Shown here: positions 12,950-25,766 of the stretch, piece by piece
Position numbering within the stretch: the first letter of the stretch is position 1
Layout of the letters: every line of letters begins with the position of its first letter
NCBI GenBank assembly: GCA_002633005.1
Contig: NMRA01000021.1
Span: 585,075 to 649,074 of the forward strand
Reading direction: 5' to 3'
Source: Phoronis australis
Taxonomy: Eukaryota > Animalia > Phoronida
DNA: 64,000 nt
Program-made: the position numbers and the translations under genes
Notes under the pieces: generated by a model
Database searches by the model: none
Seen by the model: the letters and a program-made list of their open reading frames with translations, nothing else
What the model was told of the DNA's origin: nothing

Positions 12950-15900
12950 CTATGGTGACTTATTTGAAGCCAGCATATCGAAATTGCCCCCTGTTGCCAT
13001 GGCAATAGATTCACCGTCACCTTTTGGCATAAACCTCAGGAACCACAAGTCATTCATCACCACCACTGAAATGAAAATGTAGGAGGAATAACAACAAAAA
13101 TGTACACCAAATTTTAAATTTCTAAACAAAGACATTAACTATAGGACGTGTCTTGAATGGCGAATAATTAGATCAATGATTTCAGATTTGGCCTAGGGCA
13201 CTCAAAACATTTTTAGTACCATTAAAATTCCAGGAGAAAAAAGTTAGTGACATTCAGTTTTAAATTCTAATTGGTGACGGCAAAAAAACAGCCAAGGTTT
13301 GCAATCAACAACTCATTATGTCATCGCATCAGTGACTCAGAATGCAATAACGATGTTTTGTAGGCATTCTATTGTAAAACTATGACTTTACTTGTTGAAC
13401 AATGAAATAAAGTTCGGAACAATTTTTCACAAATTTGAGGTTTTTCAAATGTTCTGTAAATTTCCTCAGTTGATGATTTCTGATGTAAATTTGTTGAAAA
13501 AAACATGACATTATGGAGATTTCAATACCATTTGATCACTGCAGTACATTATTCAGTGCAATACAATACAGACTACCTACATAGTTCGCCTTCTGTTAGT
13601 GTAAATTCTATTGGCTGACATTCTGAGTAGCAAGTCTCTACAGGATCCAGCAGAATTTGTGTGGTGCCTTTAATCTGGGCAAACCATGTCATCATGTCGT
13701 CACTGAAAAACTGTAACAGAAAGACAAGTGACGAAAACAAACACGCTTGGTCAAATTAGTTAGAAACACATCTAGCGACGATGTGAATATGAAGTAGGTT
13801 GAAATTTGCCAAATGTTTTTAAGAACAATTTTTGTGTCGAAAATGATCCGCTGTAAATCACTCAACCATGTCCAGTTAGTATCGTGCAGGGGAATAACAC
13901 TGCATGAATCAGGCTATGTGAGTCCGCGAGGTACGTCATTGGTGCAAAGGTCGCCTATATTGTACTTGCAGAATTTTCTGTTTTCACATTACAAGTTGTC
14001 AATGAATACATCAGCACTTTGTTTAGCGTAGATAATGTTCAGATAGCATTGTAGTTCCTGCTATACATTTTTAGCATAGTTAGGAGCATGCAAATACATG
14101 TTTTTTCTTGCCATCCATGTCATGCATTACAACTATGAGTGGAATACTAGGGAACACTTAAAAAAGACGTCAGATAGATGTGTGGAGAGTCATGTCTGAG
14201 TCACATAGCTGGCAGGAAGGATTTGGACTAGTAAGAGAATATTAGTCAAAATGACCTTATGGAATTGAGTAAGACATGTAGATACAGACTGTTATTACAT
14301 GATGCAAATATGAGACTGTCCAAGCCATACCAGTGGCTGTGTTGATACAGGAGAGAGCCAATAGAATAATTTAGTTTTCAGAATCAATGGCCACTTGATC
14401 CCACCGAATTACGCAGACACTCATTGTTTGTGTCCCAGAAATTGTTCACCACGGACTACTTACACTAACTTCATCTTTGTGGTCTTCAGACTACCATGTT
14501 CCTTCATTTTGTGATGTTTTTATTGTGTTTGCATGTGTACAGACTAGCTCTACAGTGCGTACTTTTTAGTCTATGCAGTACTTGTCAATAAATAGCCTCA
14601 AAAGAGATCTTGAGGTGTCTGTGATCAGCCCAATGTGGCTCCTTCTATAGCCAGAACAGGTAACACCAACTTACTGGCTTATAATTCTTTGCCTCATAAT
14701 TCTTCACTGTCAAAATCCAGTTGACTCCAGTTGCCTCCACAGCATTTGGCAGGAAGTAAGGTCGTCTATAGAACTGGCGAAATACTTTGGTAGCTGCCAT
14801 CTTACAGTTGTCCCTAAAAATAACAACAAACACATTGAATTTTATAACTGACTAGTGAACATAGTTTCATATTTCTAAACACCTGATTAGTAAACCCCAC
14901 TGACAAAAGCAATTAGTAAGTTCATCTGAAATTTTAATATCAAAGTTTTTCCAATTTCAAGAATCAGTCTTCTAGCCCCTGGATCTCAATGGTACGTTTA
15001 CTTATAGATGATAGGTCAACTAGGCCATGGTCAAGTTGTTTATTGTTACTTTGTAATACACAAAGGACTTGACGCTACAGGTACCGACCTCCAAAACCCT
15101 TAAACACAAGGTTCATCATTGTTGTGCTAGTAAACTAGTAAGTTGAATTCAGTGTTATTTGGGACACTTTCAGGATGATGACGTCAGTTACTCATTTTGA
15201 GTGATTTTTTGTAATCATTGTCAAAATCTATGAATGTATATTGTCTTTCAAACCTACCAGAACATAAACCAATTATCAATCTTCCCATCAGCTGACTTCT
15301 TGAGTAATGCTCTATGTTGACCCTTTTTCAGACGTATGTTACTCTTCACAAAACACGGCTCGTCGTTCATGAGGACTTCATCGGTTTCATACAACTAAAA
15401 AATAAAGAATAACACCTGCACTGTGCGCACAATATCATGATGCCTTCAGGTAAACTGGTGGATTTAGTTCAGGATATAAACACAATCAACCCCAGACATT
15501 AACAGAAACAGAGTCCCTTAACTGATCTTGCAAGACCACATCCCCTGCAGACTTGAGTTGTCATAACCTCTACAGGTTTGGATTCAGTAGAGACACACAT
15601 GATTGAAATATCAACATATTGAAATATCATCATACAAGACACTAAGTGTTGCACATTGAACAAAAACTCTGGTTCTCGTTACGTTAATTGTCAACGTTTG
15701 TGAATTCGTCCCAAAAAAATTTCGCATTCACATAATGTATAAAATTAAACATATACTTTTCACTTTCGTAACAGTTTTTAAATGGGTTATTTATGCACCA
15801 AGTATGCGGGTTGTGATGTAAGACTTCAACAAGTTTCAATAACGTGGGAAATCATTCTATGGTCTATGGCTGAGAGAATTGACTGAGTCGCAGGCTTTTG

Positions 15901-18900
15901 ATTTTCCTTCAATTAACTGAGATACTGATAGTCATAAATGAAGACTTGGGACATTTTTTGAAGCGAGACACTGGTGGTTGACATCTCTGTTGTTTGAGGG
16001 AAACTGAAAATCCATGACACAGTTCCATGCACATTTACAGTTGTAAGAGTTTGTAATACAAACATGAAATCACCAACAGTTCAGGTTTGTAAGAAATTGG
16101 CTTTCAAAGCAAAATTACTATTTTCACTGTCATGCAATAGTAAACGATTGTGTAACATATATTTTAATGCATTAAGTCAATTAAGATTTTTCAAACATTG
16201 AGAATTTGAAAAAAAAACTTTTATGGGTTGAAAATGGACAATTAAAACTTGTTGACAATTGCGTTAAGAGAACATGAACTCAAACAGACAAAAATGGTAG
16301 TATCCTTGATACGAAATCTCAAACTGAAAGAACCTCCAATAGGGACAATCTGAAAAGTATGAGTCCAGTGCTTTTTCACTAGGAAACATGGAAAAAAGTT
16401 CCAAAGAGAGTACATCCTAAAACCAAGTTATATTTCACAACTACATAAGGCCAAAGGTTATCAAACTACCTGGCTAAGGAACTCCACGCTGAACTTTTCA
16501 CTTGCTGGCCAAGAGCTTAAGGCATCTGTCACAATAAACGGAATGAATTTCTTCATGTAGTTTTCAGTGATGTTGAAAGAGTCTGCTTTGGCCAGTTTGT
16601 CAAGAGCAGTGAAGTTTTCACAATTCTAAAAGTACAAACAGTTGTACAAGAGCAATGCTGAGTGTTGAACTGCGCCCACAAGTGCAGCGCAAACGTTGTG
16701 CTTCTAGGGGTGTTTACTAGTATCATAAAAATGGCCACTAGATGGCGCAAAATACGTCGAATCCATCTGAAAACTGATACATGTTAACATAGCTATTTAC
16801 CAAATTTCATAAAAATTTGTCAAGGAAATTTTGAGAAATCGAGGAAAACGAAAAAATGAAATTGCCACTTGGAGGCTATAGTCGCAAAACAAAACAGAAC
16901 TGTCACTAAGAGGCACCTCAGTAGATGAAGTTGTCGGGAAATCGTCATCAACCATCCTCGTCACACTAACAACATATATGCCAATTTTCACAATCACCCT
17001 TAGAGTGGCTTGGTTGACAGAAGGGGCGAATGCCAAAAACAGACTAGAAAACAATGAAAATGGTCACTATATGGCGCAAAATATGACAAATCCATCTGAA
17101 AACAGGAACATGTCATCATTTCAATAGAAAGCTGTTCATCAATTTTCATAAAAATCCATCAAGCAGCTTCAGAGAAACAGAAAAAAAAGGAAAAAATAAA
17201 GTTGCCCCTAGGGGCACATGTTTGTCGGATCAATCTGAAAGTCGTCACTGTTTGTCAACTTCAAATTAATACACTTACTAATTAAAATTAAATAAAAATC
17301 CTGTAAAGGGCTAAGGAGATACAGCAATGGGCGACAAAACTGCCACTAGGAGGAGCCACAGTATTCGAGGTCGTTGGAAAATCATAGTCATTCCAAATCT
17401 TCACATTAGGAACAAACTTGCCAATTTCCACAATCATCCTTAGGGTGGTTTGGTTGACAGAGAGATAGACATCAAAAACAGTCTCTAAAACAGTAACAAT
17501 GTCCACCAGAAGGCGCAAAATACCTCAAATCAAACCAAAAACCAGAGGACAGCGTCACCGCACTAGTAGATGACTATCCAACAAATTTTATGAAAATCTG
17601 TTGAGGACCTTTAAAGATACAGAGGTAAACGTAAAAAAATAAAATTGCCACTAGAGTGCACACCAGTAGTCCGATCCGTCTGAAAGTCGTCGTCGTTCGT
17701 TCTCAGCTTCATATAAATACACTAGAAAAATTTAATAAAGATCGTGTAGAGTGTTTAGGAGATACAGCCATGGGCGCAAAAATAAACAAAACTGCCACTA
17801 GGAGGCGCCACAGTAGTCTAAGTTGTTGCAGTCATCGTCAGCCGCCCCCTTCCCAGTAAAAACATATTATGATAATTTTCACAATCATCCCTAGAGCAGT
17901 TTGGTTGATAAAAGGGCAGACGCCAAAAAACAGACTCAAAAACACTAAAAATGGCCAAAAGGTGGCGCCAAGTACCTGGAATCCATCCGAAAACATAAGG
18001 ATAATGTCATCTCACTAATAGATGCCTAACTGCCAAGTTTTTTGAAAATCCAGTGAGGACCTCCGAAGATACAGAGGTAAGTGTAAAAAAATAAAATTGC
18101 CCATAGAAGGCACACCGGTATTCAGAGAGGTCAGAAATTTGTCAGCATCCGTATTCAGCTTCATAGGAACACATCTGCCAAATCTCATCAAAATCCTGTG
18201 AGGGGTTTAGGAGATACAGCTGTGGACGCCGGACGCCTAGACAGAGATGATGGTAATGTGCACCCACATATAAATATGTAGGCACATAAAACGGTTACAA
18301 CGAGTAAGCAAATAATGACAATGATAGTAACAGTGATTATTAATGGTAAATGGGTCAAGTCAGTCAGTTGCCATATTGTATTGTACTTAAACAGCAACAA
18401 CAGGAATGTGCCAGTTATAAATAACTAATAATAAAGAAATTCTGTTACAACTCATAACAAACTGATTTCAGAATTAACTCAAGACAGTTGCAAACATAAG
18501 TATTTTTTATGATAATCGGTAATAAACAGCAAACAAAACAATGAATATACCTCACAAATATTGTCAGGCACTGGCACTCCACGATAATACGGGTTCCTTA
18601 TCAGACAATCACTGTTGTAATATTTTGACCAGTCCCAGAAAGGCAAGACCTGAAATGGAAATAAAACATCACCTGATAACACAATGCCTGTATATTGATG
18701 AGATAGTTGTGTTAGCAGAATATGACAAGGTTACAAGACATAATGGCATGTTAGTACAGAATGTGACAAGGTTACAAGACATATTGGCATGTTAGTACAG
18801 AATGTGACAAGGTTACAAGACATATTGGCATGTTAGTACAGAATGTGACAAGGTTACAAGACATATTGGCATGTTAGTACAGAATGTGACAAGGTTACAA

Positions 18901-21762
18901 GACATATTGGCATGTTAGTACAGAATGCTATATAAAGTTATGGACATCAAGCGAAAAAAGAATCGTGGTAAACAGTTTCTAGAACTTTTTCAGTTTTATG
19001 GCTAGAGCTCCATGTTTGCACTGAGTTATTCATCAAACAAATTATTACAAATTAATATAGACATACATGTATGTCTCAATAGTAATAAGGAGTTATCAGT
19101 CACCATTCATCAGTTTGACAAATTGGGACAAATTAATGCTTGGACAAGATGACAAAACAAACATATTCTATTGTCAGCACTGAAATGCTCACTAAACCAG
19201 GAACTTGAATGACACATTTTACAAAAAAGTTGGAGAAATATGAAATAAATATTGAAAACGGCTTGTTAAAGAGAAAAGCTGCAATGCCTTTTGATGTTAC
19301 CTAAATTTTTTTATCGCTGATTATCTTAGTAGAAAGATGTTCTTTCTGTGTTTATTAAGAGTTCCACAGCATTTCTTCATTGTTCTTGCAACTATTAAAT
19401 GACCTTCAAGTTGCCTAAGCATTCACCTCCATTTAACAGACACCAATAACCAACAAAAATTGTGTTCAATAGTGAGTCGGACATTGCAATTGCTCAACTG
19501 ATGCCAATAACCTTTTATAATGATATTGTTGTCAAAACACAATCTGTACTTCCAAGATAAGCCAGGACCTGACTTATATTTAAGATTCCATAATGATTCG
19601 CATACTGAGAACAATTTTACTTCACCGAATAAAGAGCATCAACTTGGTTATCAAAATCCACGACCCATGTGAGTGACTATTGCCAAGATGACATCAAAAT
19701 GTTTGCTTGAAGATGGGCTATGACCATGACAGTTAACCACTCTTAAACTCTCTCTCTTCAATTGTAGAGGTAGAAAAACACTGTATCGATCTGCCATTCT
19801 CAGTTACTATTCAGCCAAGACATTGTCCACCCACAAATATTTGTCTAGCTTGTGAGGTTTTCTGGAGTCCAGTGGCCAGTTGCATTGAGATGGAAGAAGT
19901 GAGACTTTTTGAATCATAAGAACATTATCTCAAAGCAAACTTCTAAGAATTAAGGAATTCAAGAAGACCTAAAGAAATAAAAAACTTTTCTATGCAGATG
20001 TGATCGTGCTATTAGTTTTCTGAACCATGAAGGAATCTTTGTGTTTTAAGAATATTCCTGCAACACACAGGACAAGGTACGATTCCCAACATAGAATAAC
20101 AAACTTTATGGGCACGATATCAAACTTATTTATGTTAAAACGAAACAGGTTAATTTGTACTCGTCCTATTCTAAACAAATGCAAATCTAGATCAACAGGT
20201 CACTGTGTGCATAAAGCAAATGAGGCCATAAAGGGCATGTTACTTTGAAGGCCTTTCAGTTGGGCATGTTGTGGTAACTTAGTAGTGTGGAAGATGTGTT
20301 GGACCTTTATAGTTGGTTTTATAAATGCGGAACTCACAATAATTTTGATAGACTATACAGGGTATTAATACAATATTTACAATACACGAAGGAACTCAGT
20401 TGTGCTGAAAATGAAGATTTAAACATTGTCAAGTTTCTGTAGTTTGGAGTCTCATAAGCATGCTACAGCATTGAAAGCTATCATTTATGAAAACATGCAA
20501 TTGCTTTTTAAACTTGCAAACACAAAATTGGATACGCTGTTGCTCTTTACAGCCACAGGGATATTCCCATGTGGTGCAGATTCTAACATGATTCAATGCA
20601 ATGGACAGTTGTGATGAGTCTCAGTGTACCAGTGGGTCTAGGACAGCCCTAGGTAATACTGCAAACCAGATAGCCCTCCCAGGACGATAGCATAAGCCAA
20701 TTTACCAACATCAGGAGGGGAGGAGTAAACAGACCTGTGGCGGCATGTCTGCCTATCAATGGGTCACCCTTTACATAGAAGAGGTCCTAAGGGTACTTAC
20801 ATGATATGACGCCATGCACATCTCTGCGGAGCAGTGCAAAAATAGCCAGTTGCCGATTTGGGCAACTGAACATTATGCTTGAAAATGTTTAATTAGGGAA
20901 TAGGGGAGTATTTGTTTGAGTTAGAAAAAGTTATGTTCATAAACATCAACAGCCTTCTAGATGTCCCTGACAATGCACAAAAGGTACTTACAACAACATG
21001 ACTGATGGTTTAATCAGCGTGATGCGCCATAATGCGCTGAAAAGTTTCTGGCGTATGAAGGGGCTATGAGACCGTCGACCGTCTCTTACCATAGGCGGAT
21101 TTAGGAGGGTGGGCTAGGGGGTCCCATTCCCCCCCCCCTTGGCTGCCAGAAAAAAATAAAACAGCCAGAGCGTGAGGAAATATTGAGTTCATTAACTAAC
21201 CACAGTAATTAACATGCAGCCGAAACAAGACTTAACAAGTTCCAGTTTGCGTGTGTGGGGTGGGCCACCGGTGCCATTGCAATCAGCCTCCCCTTACTTT
21301 GTGTGATTCCTCGAGACACAATGTTGGCCCCACCTAATGATGATATTCTAGATCCACCACTGCTTACTGAGAGTGGAGACAGTCCACTTCTAAACTCACA
21401 TTGTAAAAACCACTAATTTTGAAAAACATGATCACCTTAATGGCACTCAATCTTGCAACAGCAAAAATAAATTTGCGGATTGGGTGGTCATAGTACAAGA
21501 GCGCAAAAGCAGCAACCAACACAAAACCAATAAGAAGGGCTCTGTTTATCCACAGCTTTCGTTGCAGTTGCTTCAACGGTGTTGTTAAAGGTCGTGCACA
21601 TTTTTCGATTTCATATGGTGAGAAGCCAGCTTTCGCGCACAGGTCATAGATTGTTTGTAATTCATTGTCAATCAATGCTAACTTTTCCTCTAAACTTAGT
21701 TTCTTCTCATCTTCTGTCACGGTAGTGTCGTATTCAATGCGAGACGATGCCATATGCTCCAT
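12950..21762 (-). CDS. C6orf89/BRAP-like type II membrane protein with degenerate JmjC/cupin-like luminal domain, 7 coding exons, about 367 aa
   Basis: Exons (minus): 21436-21762, 18551-18649, 16470-16625, 15258-15394, 14675-14813, 13581-13710, 12950-13065. All introns are GT-AG with compatible phases (0,0,0,2,0,1). The protein has a TM segment (ALLIGFVLVAAFALLYY), then RLSAIKVLPFWDWSKYYNSDCLIRNP, C..C, PFIVTDALSSWPA, WFMFWDNC, RQFYRRPYFLP, WFAQIKG...LLDPVETCYSEC...LTEGEL..NDLW. The C6orf89 assignment is from recall of family motifs, not from a search. Confidence 0.8.
16646..18290 (+). mobile_element. Helentron/HINE-like non-autonomous element with about 4 diverged internal tandem units (330-450 bp), in intron 2
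   Basis: The unit anchor aaaatggccactagatggcgcaaaata recurs at about 16727, 17057, 17496 and 17947. The 3' end has a GGACG-like microsatellite (18224) and a short hairpin (cccacatat..atatgtagg). The classification is inferred. Confidence 0.55.
18710..18927. repeat. 41-bp minisatellite, about 5.3 copies
   Basis: GTTAGTACAGAATGTGACAAGGTTACAAGACATATTGGCAT at 18750, 18791, 18832, 18873, and partial at 18914. Confidence 0.95.
21090..21362 (-). mobile_element. CAGTGGCGGATCTAG-type MITE in intron 1
   Basis: TIR pair cataggcggatttag / ctagatccaccactg. The same family starts at 63818. Confidence 0.7.
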
Positions 21763-21899
21763 AGCTTAGTCCGGTTGCAGCGGCAATCACCGCTTCTCTC
21801 TCTGTTGCTAGCGGCCCCTGGTGTGGAGTCACGGTTTTACTTCCGGCTATCACTCAAGGGTCTGGGAGCAGTGTCTCTGTCTCGCTGGTTCCCTGCGTC

Positions 21900-22031
21900 C
21901 GCCAGGCTGACCTAGCTAAAATCTTGTCAAAGTCACGTGCTCCCATTTGAAATACACGGCAATATCTTACGTAATCTCACGAAGTCTTGCTTTTTAGCGA
22001 GGTACGTCCTAGCGTTACTGAACGGGAGGCT
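21900..22031 (-). mobile_element. MITE family A, copy 3 (truncated), about 140 bp upstream of the C6orf89-like ATG
   Basis: Reverse-complement match to 245-391. Confidence 0.8.
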
Positions 22032-22647
22032 GCTTAAACCCATCGCGTATCTGCGTGAACTTGGCATGAGCAAATGTTTGGGCAATCAGTGAGGTGAAAT
22101 TTTTGGTTGAGTGTAAAGAATTTCTGTAATTATTGGCCTTATAATCACTCACCTTTACCGTAACTTGTGTCAAAGAATCGGAGCGGAATTTACGATTGGT
22201 TAAAACGATTGTCTGGTGAATATGATCGCCAATTGAATAGCTGAAAAAAGATTATAGTTGAAATTTACGTTATTTTAATAACGTATAATTTGGTTTAGTG
22301 CAGTGCAAATTTTGATCCACGTGAACCTGATTATTTGAGTAAACTTGTCAAGTTCCCTCATGTATTCCAAGTTCACGCGGCGCTTGAATCTTGATATTAA
22401 GCAGGGTTCCAAGTCCACGCACCGCAGCAGCATCTTTACTCCAGTCTACAAAATACTTGCATGGTTGATGTCCGCTGGGAGTGGCGGCAACACGTACTTT
22501 AGAACCTCACTGTCTGCTAGACAATATAGTGGCCAATACTCAGCTCAGATTCTGGGAACGGACCGGCATTATCACTAACTCAATTCGTGCAATTAGAGGA
22601 CAAACAAAACCGGCGGTACGCCAGCAACCAAAATAACACGTGGAGAA

Positions 22648-25600
22648 CATGCTATGAACATTCCCACTAAATAAGATTGGTCCTAACCCCAATGGTCAAG
22701 GTAAACGGTGGGGTATGGAAAATTGAACTAGACCGTATTTATCCACCTTGGCTGAGTCGCACTCGGCTGACGATCAAAGGGATGCCGCCAAGCTGCTCTA
22801 TTCATCGAGTCACGAGCGAGGATAATTGGCTTCGATCATGCGGATATGATCATGCAGCTGATTACAATCTACTTAGCAGACTGTACTTTTTATGGAGAGA
22901 GTTTTAAGTAGTTTTTACTGTAATATTTGAAAAGAAGAGCGAAAACAAATATGAGTACAACTTTGAATTTTTCAAATCGGCCCAGGATAAGATTTTGCAA
23001 CACAGCAACACTCACGATTACTTTGGCAATCGGCGCGCACGAATACAAAAATAGAGGACCTAAGTTATTTAAATTTTGGAACACATGCATTGCAATATTC
23101 AAAATACGTTTATTATGAATCTTACAAGCAGTAAAACGACGTTGTTTAATTCCATTGTGCTCATTCATTGTCATCCGTCAAATCGGCAATTTCCGAGATG
23201 TGATCTGCAGCGTGCGCGTATGTGTACAAAACACGTGATTGTTATGTTTCTGAAGTACGAAAATTAAGAAACTTTAGCGTGCCGTTATTATTGACAGGGA
23301 CACGATAAAACGAATTTGGATTTTGACTATAGTCTTGATACAGCGAGCTGGCTGACCACTGCGTCAGTGTCTCCGTTAGACCCAGAAATTTCACACAGCC
23401 CGGGTAGTTCACCTCGTCCCCAACATGTAGATCGAGCCTTGGACTATTAATACTCCACGGTAGAGCTAACGACAGGGCGGCCTGTGCACACAAAATCTGT
23501 GAGCTAACCAGCTCTCACCTTGCATGTTGCAACCGTTGAAGTGAAAAACAATCTAGTAAACGCCATTTTCTTGCATAATCCTCCGCCTTTTGTAACAAAA
23601 AAGTCTGTCGTCGATGACCCGCACACGCACGCTCACTCACTTTCATACGCAGACGAACTTCAAAACAAACGTCACGTGACAACAACATGTGTGTTCATCC
23701 AGAGATTTTTCTCGTGTTGTGGGGTACGATGTAGCGCAGATTTGGACTTAATCGCAATTAATCTGGACACTACATGAACTTTAAAAATTGTAAAACATAA
23801 GGAAGATTTCAGGTAATTTGTTGAGTCGAAACTATATTTTTATTCAAGAGTTCAAGTTTTCCTATTGACGATCGCGATTCAGCGACGCATCAGTCGGCAA
23901 GTTTTCGCCCTGTGATGAGCACAATTTTTTGAAAAATTATTGTAATTTAACAACGGAAGTTGATAGCAATGCACCACAATTTTGTAGAAAGGCTGTCATA
24001 GGCTACAACTACGTCACAGAGCGTAAATTTGATGAATCCTAGCTTCCGATTTTACCCGTTTGGGAAACCGGGTTTCAACTGCCGTAGGCTCACTACAATA
24101 AGCGTCCTCTCCCCGTGAAATGAATTTTTCTAAGCGTTTGTTTGAGCCAATACAGTATACAGCTTTCCACCAAGGCTAGGTGATGCAAGACATTATTCTT
24201 TGTTGCATTATAGTAACTGGTCTTAGCTAATTATCATTTTATGGCCTGGTCATCCATTCAGCCAAAAGTAGTTCCAGAGGTGGCTTATCAGCCAATTATT
24301 CACGCATGCTGACTCACAATAGAAGCCTGATAAGAGTGAAGGTGGATAAATGCGGTGTTCCTACAGTTTCTTGTTTTAGTGGATGTGTTCACGACATGCA
24401 ATCGGCGCGCACGAATACAAAAATATAGGACCCAAGTTATTTAGATTTCGGAACACATGCATTGCAATATTCAAAATACGTTTATTATGAATCTTACAAG
24501 CAGTAAAACGACGTTGTTTAATTCCATTGTGCTCATTCATTGTCATCCGTCAAATCGGCAATTCGAGATGTGATCTGCGGCGTGCGCGTATGTGTACAAA
24601 ACACGTGATTGTTATGTTTCTGAAGTACGAAAACTAAGAAACTTTAGCGTGCCATTATTATTGACAGGGACACGATAAAACGAATTTGGATTTTGACTAT
24701 AGTCTTGATACAGCGAGCTGGCTGACCACTGCGTCAGTGTCTCCGTTAGACCCAGAAATTTCACACAGACCGGGTGGTTCACTTCGTCCCCAACATGTAG
24801 ATCGAGCCTTGGACTATTAATACTCCACGGTAGAGCTAACGACCGTCGGCCTGTGCACACAAAATCTTTGAGTTAACCAGCACTCACCTTGCACGTTGCA
24901 GCCGTTTAAATGAAAAAGCAATCTAGTAAACGCCATTTTCATGCATAATCCTCCGCCTTTTGTAACAAAAAAGCCTATCGTCGATGACCCACACACGCAC
25001 GCTCCGGCACTCACTCTCATACGCAGACGAACTTCAAAACAAACGTCACGTGACAACAACATGTGCGTTCATCCAGAGATTTTCTCGTGTTGTGGGGTAC
25101 GTTGTAGCGCAGATTTGGACTTAATTCCAATTAATCTGGACTCCACATGAACTTTAAAAATTGTAAAACATAAGGAAGATTTCAGGTAATTTGTTGAGTC
25201 GAAACTATATTTTTATTCACGAGTACAAGTTTTCCTATTGACGATGGCGATTCAGCGACGCATCAGTCAGCAAGTTTTCGCCCTGTGATGAGAACAATTT
25301 TTTGAAAAATTATCGTAATTTAACAACGGAAGTTGATAGCAATGCACCACAGTTTTGTAGAAAGGCTGTCATAGGCTACAACTACGTCACAGAGCGTAAA
25401 TTTGATGAATCCTAGCTTCCGATTTTACCCGTTTGGGAAACCGGGTTTCAACTGCCGTAGGCTGCAATAAGAATCCCCTCCCCGTGAAATGATTTTTTCT
25501 AAGCGTTTATTCGAGCCAATACAGTATGCAGCTTTCCACCAAGGCTAGGTGATGCTACGACATTATTCTTTGTTGCATTAGTAACTGGTCTTGACTAATT

Positions 25601-25766
25601 ATCATTTTATGGCCTGGTCATCCATTCAGCCAAAAGTAGTTCCAGAGGTGGCTTATCAGCCAATTATTCACGCATGCTGACTCACAATAGAAGCCTGATA
25701 AGAGTGAAGGTGGATAAATGCGGTGTTCCTACAGTTTCTTGTGCTAGTGGATGTGTTCAAGACATG
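22648..25766. mobile_element. Unclassified ~1.75-kb non-autonomous element with ~30-bp imperfect CATG-ended TIRs (22648-24398), followed by a tandem re-duplication of its 3' 1.37 kb (24399-25766)
   Basis: Left end catgctatgaacattcccactaaataaga. The reverse complement of the right end is catgtcgtgaacacatccactaaaacaaga. 24399-25766 repeats 23028-24398. A second insertion is at 52938-54327. Confidence 0.8.

Noticed and set aside
12679-13008. 109-aa plus-strand ORF
   Set aside because: Antisense to the last exon and 3' UTR of the C6orf89-like gene, with no domain signal.
18710-18927. CRISPR-like direct repeats
   Set aside because: Contiguous 41-bp units with no spacers, so a minisatellite.
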